Assembly (NCBI GenBank): GCA_000934665.2
Contig: JYFJ02003901.1
Coordinates: forward strand, 1-36,561
Source of the DNA: Catajapyx aquilonaris
Taxonomy: Eukaryota
Length of the DNA: 36,561 bases
Direction: 5' to 3'
Part shown: one piece after another, positions 26,673 to 36,561 of the stretch
Position numbering within the stretch: position 1 is the stretch's first letter
Layout of the letters: each line of letters starts with the position of its first letter
Position numbers and translations under genes: made by a program
Notes under the pieces: generated by a model
Databases searched by the model: none
Told to the model about the DNA's origin: nothing
The model's input: only the letters and a program-made list of their open reading frames with translations

Positions 26673-27552
26673 CCCTTCGAATTCCATGAATCATAAGAGA
26701 AGACGCAAAGATGCAGAGAGGGAAATACACACATGGGACGAATGAATACCCCATCAATGGAGCTAAAATTAAACTCGTGAATTAATATTCAAAGAATACA
26801 TGATCGGGAAGAAAGTTTCTCCCTCCCTCTCGGATCTATAGGTTCCTTGAAATATTATAAGGCCAAATTGCCGGATTTGATTGAGTTGATTTCGATTCTA
26901 CGTGTAATATTGGAGGTATTCCTGTGGGTTAGGCCAATCCCCTACGTCCCTTGCTGAATGGGTTGCCTGATGCACAGGATGACACTGTAATAGGCTACCG
27001 TATACATATGCATTGTCCAATGTTAACATGCCATTATCTCCTGAGCCTAACATTGATAAAATCAACTGGGTATTGGAATATCTCAAGGAGCCCAGGTCCG
27101 GCAAGTTATGTTCATTTAACATGAATTATTGTGCGACACTGCAAAATCAATCATGGAAGATATTCTTTTAGTTCTCTTTCCTCTCCACCTTCCTGCTGTT
27201 CAGGGTGACAACAACACATATGTGTGAGGCTACTTCTCATTTCTGCCGAAATGGATGTAATATTTATATTATGGAACGCACTGCACTATGTAATATTTCT
27301 TATAGGGGGTGTGTTTACCTTTGATCCCATATGACGTTAACATGTATGCGCCGTAAGAAGCTGCGACACTCGACACCACCTATGAAGTACGGAGTAAAAA
27401 AAAGTGTTTATCACAAACGGGCATAATTTAAATGCAAAATAAAATGAGTCACTCACCATGTAGAGTGAGGCGATGTAAAGTACAAAGTCCTGAGAGACCA
27501 AGCCAGGCAACAGGTATTGGGATATGGTTTTCATCGTCCAAGTAAACGACAT
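25317..27552 (-). pseudogene. G5: double-module gene (second subfamily), degenerate or C-terminally truncated
   Basis: Exons 27552-27457, 27379-27319, 26762-26674, 26443-26218, 26147-26041 plus three more. Compensated -2/-1 frameshift in exon 1; premature TAA at 25403-25401 where G6 has TAC; ancestral stop at 25319-25317. Could still encode all 8 TMs. Confidence 0.62.
26560..26670. repeat. (ACT)n/(ACG)n microsatellite in G5 intron 3
   Basis: Trinucleotide run that begins inside the GTGAGT donor on the minus strand. Confidence 0.97.
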
Positions 27553-28021
27553 TGTAAAGCCTGGAATAAGAAAATAGCTAAAATTATTTTATTATTGCCA
27601 CATTTAAATAAGTGCCATAAAGTTTCTATGTGAATGGATCGGAAATGACTGTCGACACAGTAATACTCGCCTTGTGTATTGTCGGCCGAACAGACAATGC
27701 TGATGTGAATAAAATACCCTTACCCCTACCCGTACACGAAGCCGGCCAAAAGGTTCAATGATCGGAAAGACCACGGTACGCAGGTCTACGGCACTATATT
27801 TAAAACGCTGGTGGCGCTAGTGACGTCAGGTTATAGGATCTCTAAGGACACGTCACGGCTCCTAAAAATAATTATTGCTTCTACACAACATGTACGGATT
27901 TTAGACGCATAGCCGTGGACCAATCTATACGTACGTTTTGTTTACCTGGTACATGAAGACGACATAATCCTGCGTACAACAATGTAGTGTGTATTCTTCC
28001 ATAGATGAAGTGTTGTAAAAT

Positions 28022-28360
28022 TATTTTTTTATATACCCCGTGATAGGGCCATAGGCCCTTATAGGGGAGTGGAATACCACCATTTTTCCTTCAATTTTCT
28101 GTTTTTTCTTCTAACTCCGGTGCAAGGATGAAAGGACATGGGGTAAGGATAGGGATTTTTGGGGAGGGAACATAGATGCAAGTGCAATGTCGTAGCTAAT
28201 GGGTCATGTGCTGTTCCCCAGGAGGTTAGGTTGCCAGACACCTCCTTGGTGCAGGTCAGAGACCCTCCTGACGCAGGTGAAAGGAAAGTTCCCCAGGCGG
28301 GGATCGGGCCTTTCACTCAGCAAGCCGAGACGTTACCATCTCGGCCATCTACACCTCCCC
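28022..28360 (-). mobile_element. tRNA-derived SINE with 15-bp TSD
   Basis: TSD gaagtgttgtaaaat at 28007-28021 and 28361-28375; minus-strand head with A-box-like TGGCCGAGATGGTAA and a degenerate B box; A-rich tail. Confidence 0.8.
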
Positions 28361-28660
28361 GAAGTGTTGTAAAATAATATTGTACAATACTTCAGAATAA
28401 TTATTATATTAATTATGTTATTTACTATATTATAATAATCATAATTATTATTAAATTTTGAATGCCGTGTAAAATAAGGTCACATATAAATCTTAATCAG
28501 TAAATAATAAAACAGACTTATACAAAACATGATTGAGTAGCCTATTGAAAACTGCAAAATAATGTTCTTCAATGTGTATAATATTATATAGACACCTCAG
28601 CAGCAACCTATAGTGCTGACCATGTGCTGACCTGTACGCTGACCCCCTGGGACCAGCGCA

Positions 28661-29019
28661 GTATAATATAATAATAATAATGCTGGGGTAATGTGCTTTC
28701 GCCCCCACATGGCCCACATGGGGGCATATCGCACGGACCTTTATTTATTGGGGTACTGTACATTTGGTGCCTATTCATTTGAAACGCCAGGGCCCACGGG
28801 CAGGATGCAAGGAGGGGATGTGCAAGGTGCAGTGCAATGTCTTAAACGTGGCCATTTTTAGTGAACTCCCCGGGTGGTTTAGTCTGTTGGAAATACCACC
28901 CGAGACGAAGCCAGAGGTGACCCTGAACTCTGCACGAGCTGAAGGGGGTGTCCCCGGGCTGAACCCGGGACCTTAACATCCGTGGGCGCATACGTTACCG
29001 CAGCACCACTCCGCCTCCC
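28661..29019 (-). mobile_element. tRNA-derived SINE with 20-bp TSD
   Basis: TSD gaccccctgggaccagcgca at 28641-28660 and 29020-29039; head GTGGTGCTGCGGTAA ... GGTCCCGGGTTCAGCCC (A/B-box-like); (TTA)n tail; paralogous empty site near 24680. Confidence 0.85.
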
Positions 29020-29761
29020 GACCCCCTGGGACCAGCGCAATACAGATTCTGTACAAGCATAAAAATTTCTAAAGATAATTTTCAAAATATTATGTCCCCG
29101 GATGCGCAAGTGCCTGGGTCAGTATTCCGTATAAGCGCTGTATTCCATGTCTCTTTATTTCGATTTCAATACAACTGGTGTACAAAAACACGAGTAACAA
29201 TAAACTGGCGGGTTATTGTTTTGTATATTACACAGCGTACATACCATAAAACCATACAAAAATTACAAGTTCATGTTGTGAATGAGGCCAAAGTTTATGG
29301 AGACTAGTTTTATTGTGATTAAGTCTCTTTCTGTTCAGTATGCAGTATCTGACATCTTAGGTACAGCATATCCCATAATGCTGTAAGTAATGTTGGCCTA
29401 CAGCATGTTGGAAGGCGGGAAATGTTGGATGTAAATTCATTATTACAAGTAACCATACATACAGTAAAATAATAATAATGTCCTGGATATACAGCATATC
29501 CGAATAAAGCATAGAAATAAAATTGTTAGGGAATGTGCACAAAGTATTCCCTTCTTCTGATAGGCGTAATTATTTGAGAGTTTTTCCCGAAGTGACATCA
29601 TGGCAGCGGATAACATGACTTTATGCTTTTTTGGTGTATAAGGTCCATTAGTATTGTTAAGCAAGTAGACCTCTTTTCGTCGCTGACCTTGAGCTACTAG
29701 AGAAGTTCAAAAAGTATAGCTATATAGGGCCTACATAAGAATGATGATTTCACATGAAACA

Positions 29762-32413
29762 TCAAACAACAGGATCGAAACTCGGGTCAGAATTCATTGG
29801 CTGTTCCGCGTTTCTGGTTCTTAGCTCTTTGTAGTAAGAATATGTCACTAATATGAAGTAAATATTTGGCAAAATAGTGCATAACATAAGGGGCTTATAA
29901 GCATACCATCCAGGTTCCTCTAAAAATGATACCAATCCCGGCAAAAATGTGACCAATGTGATCTGCAGCAGCATCCACGGCAGCATCAAGCGGCATCTCT
30001 CCTGGGAAAACATAATTATACACGAACGTCAAAAATCAATGATGCGTACAGATGTGTACGGATTTAGCCATAATTAGACCACTTACTTTTCGAATTCCGT
30101 GTATCATAAGCGACGACAGAGGCAGGCAAAGAAAGGAATACACCAAACCAACGAATGCAAGTTGTAGAGCATCTGAATGTTTTTTTAAAAAGTGAGATGT
30201 ACAGTACATAAGGGTGAGTCATGCTCTCGCTGTAAGAAAGGTAGTAATGAATTATTGCAGATGTAGAGGCCGGCATGGTAGGCCCTACACTTGAAATATT
30301 CTGTCATTGTTTTCATAGCATTCCTTGCATTAAAAAGTAATTACTCGTAATCTCAACCTCACAGAAGACATGTAAAAGTGAAATGGCAAATGAAGACTAG
30401 TAGGTACTTATAAAAACAGATAGATGAACACTTCTAAATTGGATATTTTCCTAATGCAATATATTGTCGCGTCTGCCTTAGTAGCAATTATTTTGCATTA
30501 AGCTGCTTATTATTCATCTGTTACTGACAGCATTTCAAACAGGTTTGGTAATATCATTTTCATTAAGAGTTAAATTGCACATATTTAAAGTAGAATAAGG
30601 TAAGGAATTATACATGCAATATACAGAACTATACCCCAGTAGACGGTTCCTTTCGTCACATATGTTGCTCCTAAAGCAGCGATGACTATGGACACAACCT
30701 GTGTGAAACCATCATCAATCGTCAAATGAATTTGGAGTGAAAGTGTCAAGGTAACAAATCAACCCACAATGTACAGGGCAGCAATCATGATGGATCCGGT
30801 TCTTGTAGACCACGCTATACAGCAGGTTCTAGCACTGGAGAATGACACGGTACAAGTTTCTGTCTGAGACGAATCTGTAAAGAATGAACATTTTGGAAGA
30901 AGGAGTTGATTTGAGAACGACACAGAGGCACAGCCGCACAGGCATGAACTCACTGTTGTCTTTGAGTCTCAGTTCTTCATAGTAAGTGTACACGACAAAA
31001 ATGAAGTAGAGCTGTGGTATGATGGTGCAGCACAAGAACGGGATATGCGAATAAGGTCTAGGTGCATCCAGCAGCAGAAGAGCCGGAAAAAATAGTACTA
31101 TGAAGATGTGAAGCAGAAGCCAGGGCAGCATCAAGCCGCATCTCTCCTAGAAACAAAATAATGTGACGATGCATAGAGTAGTCACTAGTGGCAAAATGTT
31201 ACAAACATTTATTATTAATGCTACTACCTTACTCACCCTTCGAATTCCATGAATCATAAGCGATGACGTAATGATGCAGGGGGGGAAATATAAACATAGG
31301 AGGAGTGTATATGTCGCCCATGTGTGCCGGTGTGGCGCTGCGGTAGTGCCGTATGGTCCGGTAAGGGTCCCGGGTTCCATCCCAAGCCCGAGCTTTCGCT
31401 CCTTCATCTCGCGCAGAGTTAGGTAGTCTCTGGTTTTGTCTACAATTTAAATGTGTAAATTAATTCAAAGTGCACAGGATAAGATTGTTAAGAGAGGTCC
31501 GCACTTCCTCTCGGATCTATAATAGGTTCCTTGAGCTATTCTCATACGAAATTACCGCGTTTAATTGTGGTGATTTCGAATCTATTATACCTATAATGGG
31601 AGGTAATCCTGTGGGTTATGCCATCCCCCAATCTCACTTGAAAAATGGGTTGCCTGCTCCACAGGATGACACCTATAACGTCCGAAAATGCAAAGTTAAA
31701 ATGTCATAATCTCCATAACCTATTCGAAATCGCTAAAATCAACTGGGGTAGTTTCACCTTGGAATATCTCAAGGAACCCACCACTTCGCGGTTTGGGGGG
31801 ATCTAGGCGATCACTTTGAGTATATGCGACATGGGCATCTGACGCATAGTTACTGAGATAATGTGCTCAAAGCACAAAGTGTACAATATCCTGGCACGTA
31901 TGCGTCCCTCCATGCGACCTTACCTTTTTCATTTAAATTTAAGGTGTTACCATGCAATTTAATTTTTATTTACGATCCTGTTAGGTGTACCAGGGAATGT
32001 CCTAGGCAATGGAAGCGTCGTAAGCAGTATCCGAAACCTATAAGCTGAGATAAGGCACTTATTATTTAAATCTAATTATCTCGGTAACTATGATTCGGAG
32101 ACTCACGATTCCTATATTTAAAATGATCGTCTGGAAGCCCTCGCATCCCCAAAGCGAAGGTAGATTAAATTTCCGCACCCTGTGTAAAATACCAAAACAT
32201 TCCTCGACCGTGGTATGCGCCGTAAGCAGCTGCGATAATGGACGCCAACTATAAAACACGAAGGAAAAGTTTTTATTATAAAAGTGCCTATCGGTAATTA
32301 ATTTAAAATGCAAAATGAAATGATTCCCTCACCATGTAGAGTGCAGCGATGCAAAGTGAACCAGTCCTGAGAGACCAGGCCAGGCAACAGGTTTTGGGAT
32401 AGGGGTTGGTCAT
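29762..32413 (-). CDS. G6: double-module 8-TM protein (second subfamily), ~347 aa, with SINE-derived insertion in the first module
   Basis: Exons 32413-32333, 32248-32179, 31439-31237, 31146-30954, 30874-30768, two further exons, and 30001-29762; phases consistent, no stops. MTNPYPKTCCLAWSLRTGS...SDPSFDPVV. Start Met uncertain (GTG at the position of the G5 ATG). Confidence 0.72.
31324..31440 (+). mobile_element. 5' fragment of a tRNA-SINE embedded antisense in G6 exon 3
   Basis: gtggcgctgcggtag...ggtcccgggttccatccc...ccttcatctcgcgcagagtt...ctctggttttgtct aligns by eye with the head of the SINE at 28661-29019. Confidence 0.8.
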
Positions 32414-32721
32414 CGTGCAAGTCAACGACACTGTAATGCCTGGAATAACAGCCGGAATATTACTGACATTTAAATAACTGCCCTACACCCTGTATGTGTG
32501 TATGAATCAGAAATAACTGATGACACAGTCATACTCACCCTGTGTATTGTCCGACTGACAGTGCCGATGTGAAGAAGTCCTCAAGCGTCTGTTTTTGATG
32601 CTACACGAAGACAGCCAAACGTTGCAATGATTGGAGGGGGGAAAAGCCTTCCAAGCACGTCTATATACAGTGCAATTTTATTTATGAAGCCAGAGGCGCT
32701 AGTGTCAAGGACAGCTTATAG

Positions 32722-32857
32722 CAAGGGGGTAATCACTCGACTGAAAAGTGTACACTGGAGTACCACGGAGTAATAAAGAGTGAGGTGCCTGAGGAGTACC
32801 AGGGAGTACCACTCCCAGGTGTACACCGGAGTACCGAAGTGATTACCCCCTTGATTG
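32722..32857. mobile_element. 136-bp hAT-like mini-element
   Basis: 16-bp inverted repeats caagggggtaatcact/agtgattacccccttg, 8-bp direct repeat gcttatag at 32714-32721 and 32858-32865, internal GGAGTACC repeats; absent from the paralogous G5 upstream site (~27830). Confidence 0.75.
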
Positions 32858-33492
32858 GCTTATAGGATCTCGAGGACACGCCATGGTTCAATATATTTTT
32901 CTAGAGAACTTGAACTGTACGGCATTCAGGGCCGCATTAAGGTTTTTTGCGCCCCAAGCCCGAAGAAGAAATGCGCCCCCCCCCCCNATGCCAAATTATT
33001 TTACAATTTAATGTCATTAGGTCACTTGCAGGTGAGTAATAATTATACAATTATTAGATTTCAAAAACGTCAGGAAATAGACTTCAAATTGCACAATTTT
33101 AAATTACAATTAACTTCAAAGCCTCATTTCAGATGAGAGCTGGGAGCATTTTGTTCAGATAGATTCTTCTTATGAGGAATCAACAGGAATTATTTTAACT
33201 TGTTTTACTTGCACTTAAATTGTCTTAAATGTTAACACCAAGTAACACTTACAAGTTCAGCATTTAGTGGAAAACCTTTTTTCTAGACTTCTTTTCTGCA
33301 AACTGAATTAATAACTTGTCAAGGCACAGTGTTTCAAGTTTATCACTTTCGATTGAAAGCAAAGACAGTGCAGACCTGCTTCAGTTCCTGCTTCATTGTA
33401 GCACGGAGTTCTGATTTGATTAGTTTAAGTTTTGAGCAAGTTCTTTCACCCTTGCAATTGGTTGCAAAATTGCACAAATACATTCTTAGAAT

Positions 33493-34058
33493 CACTGGCG
33501 TATCAAGACTCTTGGGGGCCCTGGGGCAAAAAGGTACTCGGGGCCCCCTCCATAGTAATACGCAGCAGTGGCGGATCCAGGAATTTTTCTGGGGGGGCGG
33601 GAATTTTTTTCGGTTCAAGGTCACAACCCTTTCTCGCGACCCCAAATTTGGAGTCACGACCTCAAAATTGCACTGTTCTAGAGGGTTTTTACGAGTTTTC
33701 CACCCGTTTTTTTTCTTTTGTTCCTTTTTGCCCCCACTAAATCCGCCACTGGTGATACGTAATGATTACGTATAGGCTATCTATTAATGTAATGATTTCT
33801 CATTTTCATTGCTTTTGTGCCGTACTGATTACTGACACTGCGACTGCGAGAGTCTGACAGTGAGATAGTACGAGCTAAGACCCCGAATGGATTGGATCGA
33901 ACCCGCTTTCTTACGTCATATAGAATATAGAATATAAGTTATAGACGTTAGGCTTATTATGGATTTGTGGGTTTCCTCAAAATTTTCTAAAACTCGTCGG
34001 AAAATTCGGGGGCCCTGGGGCAGTCGCCCCACCTGCCCCTATGGTAGTTACGCCACTG
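33493..34058. mobile_element. Nested hAT-like MITE with perfect 8-bp TSD
   Basis: Ends cactggcgta / tacgccactg; TSD cttagaat at 33485-33492 and 34059-34066; gggggccctggggca near both ends. Confidence 0.8.
33566..33751. mobile_element. Innermost hAT-like MITE
   Basis: TIRs cagtggcggat / atccgccactg; near-TSD gtaatacg (33555-33562) and gtgatacg (33752-33759). Confidence 0.72.
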
Positions 34059-34398
34059 CTTAGAATAATGTCAACGTGGGGATCCTTAATGGGCACCTTT
34101 TCGGCAGGGCGCATTTTCGGCAGGGGCACATTTTCGGAAGGGGCGCCTTAATTTGGGCAGGGCGCCCTTTCGGCAGGGCGCATTTTCTCGGCGCCCCCTC
34201 CGTGATTTTAGCCCCCCCCCATGCCGTTACGCCACTGATAGAATTAGCAAAGCAGTGCATAATAATTTTAAATAATTTAATAAATTAATAAATAATTTTT
34301 TCAATATATCTAGTGCAGAGCCCAAAATTTTGCGCCCCTAAAACTCGCGCGCCCCAAGCCCGGGCTTGTTGGGCTTGTTGGTTAATGCAGCACTGGCC

Positions 34399-34878
34399 AC
34401 CAAGACAAGTATTTTTGACATAGGAACCCGTGTCCGGAAACGCCATCTAGAGGGGGTTCATAGACAAGGAACGGGTGCGCTCAGACGCGTCAGGCGGGCG
34501 GCGCTAACGAGCGGACCATTTAGTTGCTAGGTGGAGCGCAGATTGTACACAACTTTGCAATTCGCCATAACTTGGCAACAACAGAGTTGTTGTTTATTAT
34601 CTGCGCGCTACCTAGCATGCTGACTTTTAGTTGTTAGGTGGCTCTGTTGTTGCCAGGTTATGGCGAATTGCGAAGTTGTGTACAATCCGCGCGCCACCTA
34701 GCAACTAAACGGTCTGCTCGTTAGCGCCTCCCGCGTGATGCTTCTGAGCACACCCGTTCCTTGTCTATGAACCCCCTCTAGATGGCATTTCCGGACACAG
34801 GTTCCTAGGTCAAATATGTTTGTCTTGGTCCCCTCTATCACCCCTACAAGTTTGTCCCCCGAATTCATTTACACCCTG
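34399..34878. mobile_element. Foldback Tc1/mariner-like MITE, left tip missing
   Basis: ~190-bp inverted arms (accaagacaa...gcaacaacagag / ctctgttgttgc...ttgtcttggt); right end caccctg|TA. Confidence 0.8.
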
Positions 34879-35147
34879 TATATTCAGTGTGTTCCAAGTA
34901 TCCAGGGCATTTTATTTATAGCAAATTCAACTAGGCCTATTTCTTTTGTGTGAATTTTTGCACCATGTTCAATTTTGCCCCATTTTACACATCAGCTGAG
35001 TATTCGACCACCCCTAGGAGTAATTGGGCACCTGATTGGTGTGCAAATGGTCATAAAATTGCCCTCTTATGCCAAGCACACCAGACAACTCATCCTCAAA
35101 ACCTCATTTAATTTGCATACCATCTTCCTCCATGGAGGTTTCCATAA

Positions 35148-35249
35148 TGTCACTGCCACTTGATGTAAGGCTGCTGTTGGAGTGCTGTTCCTGCTGTCAC
35201 TGCCACTTGATGTAAGGCTGCTGTTGGAGTGCTGTTCCTGCTGTCACTG
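35148..35249. repeat. 47-bp tandem repeat, two exact copies plus a partial
   Basis: tgtcactgccacttgatgtaaggctgctgttggagtgctgttcctgc x2. Confidence 0.92.
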
Positions 35250-36468
35250 GTAGTCCACCAAGCAGCGTTGTATCACTGACGGAAGCCACTCTTGATGCTA
35301 TCCGCATTGACGCCACTAGCTACTGAAGCTTGGCTCCAGCGCACTGCAACAAAAGGCTACATTAACAATGGTCCTCAAACAGATGCAACCTGCTAACACA
35401 GCAAAGCATTCATCGCAAAAATCAGCATCTAAAAGGTACAATTATTGGTACAAATTATAATGAGTACTCTCCTGTGGTTGGCCATACCTGCCGTACTGGC
35501 ATCCCCCCCAGCTCACAGGGGGTGTAAAAGGCGTCGTTGGAAGATGACCGAACTGAGAGTGAGAAAAATAAAATCCTCAACTGTTCCAGAGAAACTCAAG
35601 GTTGAAAATGATGGATGGATGCCAGAAAGTCGCGGCTTTTTGTAGCCGCTTAGTTGCAGTAGCGGCTATGATTAACGTGATTGCGTTTTTTTTTTTAACA
35701 TTTCATATGCATGTGTTTATGACCCAGTAGGTAATAAAGAGAGAGAAAAAAGAGAGACAATGCTGAAGATACAATTGACCTGCAGGATGTGGCTACAACA
35801 GGGAAACCACAACCAAGGATTTTATTACTCCGTGTACTTGTATACACAACACAATGAGACTCATGAGATTGACTTTCCAACATTTTGTGTGGTTGGACAA
35901 AAAGCTGGAGTTTTGATAAAATAGGCAAGACTATGCCGGCCACAAACCTAACCATAAATTAAGGGTAATACAATCATAACAAAAGTAGGAATGCATATAT
36001 GTGTATACAATACTGTGGCAACTAGAGGACTTGTGCGCACATAAAATAAGTAAAAAAAAGTCTTCCTTACCTTTAGTACACTACAAAAATATGAACACTT
36101 TGTTGCCAAGAACAGGAAGAAATATAATTATTGAGCAGTGAACATTACACAATAAATTATGTACTTGTTTCGTAATGAATCAACCACAATATTCCAGGGT
36201 GAATTCCTGGATGCCTGATGATGCTGTCTAGGAGCCATTTGGTCTCTGAAGTCTATTGTTACCAATTATTTTAATAGACCTCATACACCAGGTATAAAAT
36301 ATTGATCCCTCAAAACAATATTAAGGCCTGTTGTGAATACACATAAGAGTGATATCCATAAGTTTTTTCATTTTTTTTGAACACTACAAAAATCCTGCAG
36401 TTATGTGAATATTGAAAGAACATGTTTAAACTATAACATCAGAGCGGACAACAGATCGGGACGATATA

Positions 36469-36561
36469 CAGGGTGTCTATTGTAACTCTGCAAAAACTTT
36501 CAGGGATAATAGAGGGGACCAAGACAAGTATTTTTGACATAGGAACCCGTGTCCGGAAACG
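36469..36561. mobile_element. Left end of a second copy of the foldback MITE family
   Basis: TA|cagggtg... followed by accaagacaagtatttttgacataggaacccgtgtccggaaacg, identical to sequence at ~34400-34442; cut by the window edge. Confidence 0.78.

Larger units (their letters stand above)
32927..34395. mobile_element. Outer hAT-like non-autonomous element with nested insertions
   Basis: Imperfect TIRs cagggccgcattaa / ttaatgcagcactg; subterminal gcgccccaagcccg at both ends; no matching TSD seen. Confidence 0.55.

Noticed and set aside
26428..26757. Poly-Ser and poly-Thr ORFs
   Set aside because: Translations of an intronic (ACT)n microsatellite.
28285..29019. tRNA genes
   Set aside because: A/B-box-like heads continue into SINE bodies with tails and TSDs; no intact cloverleaf seen.
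13363..32413. Twelve independent single-module genes, or a Dscam-like mutually exclusive exon array
   Set aside because: Most B modules lack a start codon and have frame-matched linker splice sites; whole 8-exon units repeat, each with its own stop, rather than single alternative exons.
33329..34288. ORFs in the GC-rich region as a transposase
   Set aside because: Short, repeat-derived, and no DDE or hAT motifs recognised.
34975..35955. Possible additional gene or CRISPR-like repeat
   Set aside because: No consistent exon chain (stops in all frames after the best acceptor); the 47-bp repeat is head-to-tail without spacers and the DNA is eukaryotic.

Overview
Eukaryotic DNA, most likely arthropod, with many short introns (smallest about 60 nt); all gene models were built by hand from splice signals and paralogue comparison. 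Left to right: (i) the first coding exon of a CD36-family gene that runs off the left edge, then a complete 8-exon CD36/scavenger receptor class B gene (minus strand); (ii) two 4-exon plus-strand genes, T1 and T2, for ~157-aa four-TM proteins resembling the LAPTM4/DUF4728 class; (iii) a 4-exon gustatory receptor (minus, TYxxxxxQF motif); (iv) a ~19-kb minus-strand array of six 8-exon loci, G1-G6. In each locus two tetraspan modules appear spliced in frame into one predicted ~300-350 aa 8-TM protein through a phase-1 linker intron, GT-AG in G1/G5/G6 and GC-AG in G2/G3/G4. G1, G2, G3 and G6 look intact. G4 carries three disabling lesions. G5 has a compensated double frameshift and a premature stop. 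G6 has an in-frame exonised tRNA-SINE fragment. (v) SINEs with target-site duplications, nested hAT-like and Tc1/mariner-like MITEs, long palindromes and microsatellites. The double-module array is the best candidate for an undescribed system; its novelty cannot be confirmed without database searches and RNA-seq.
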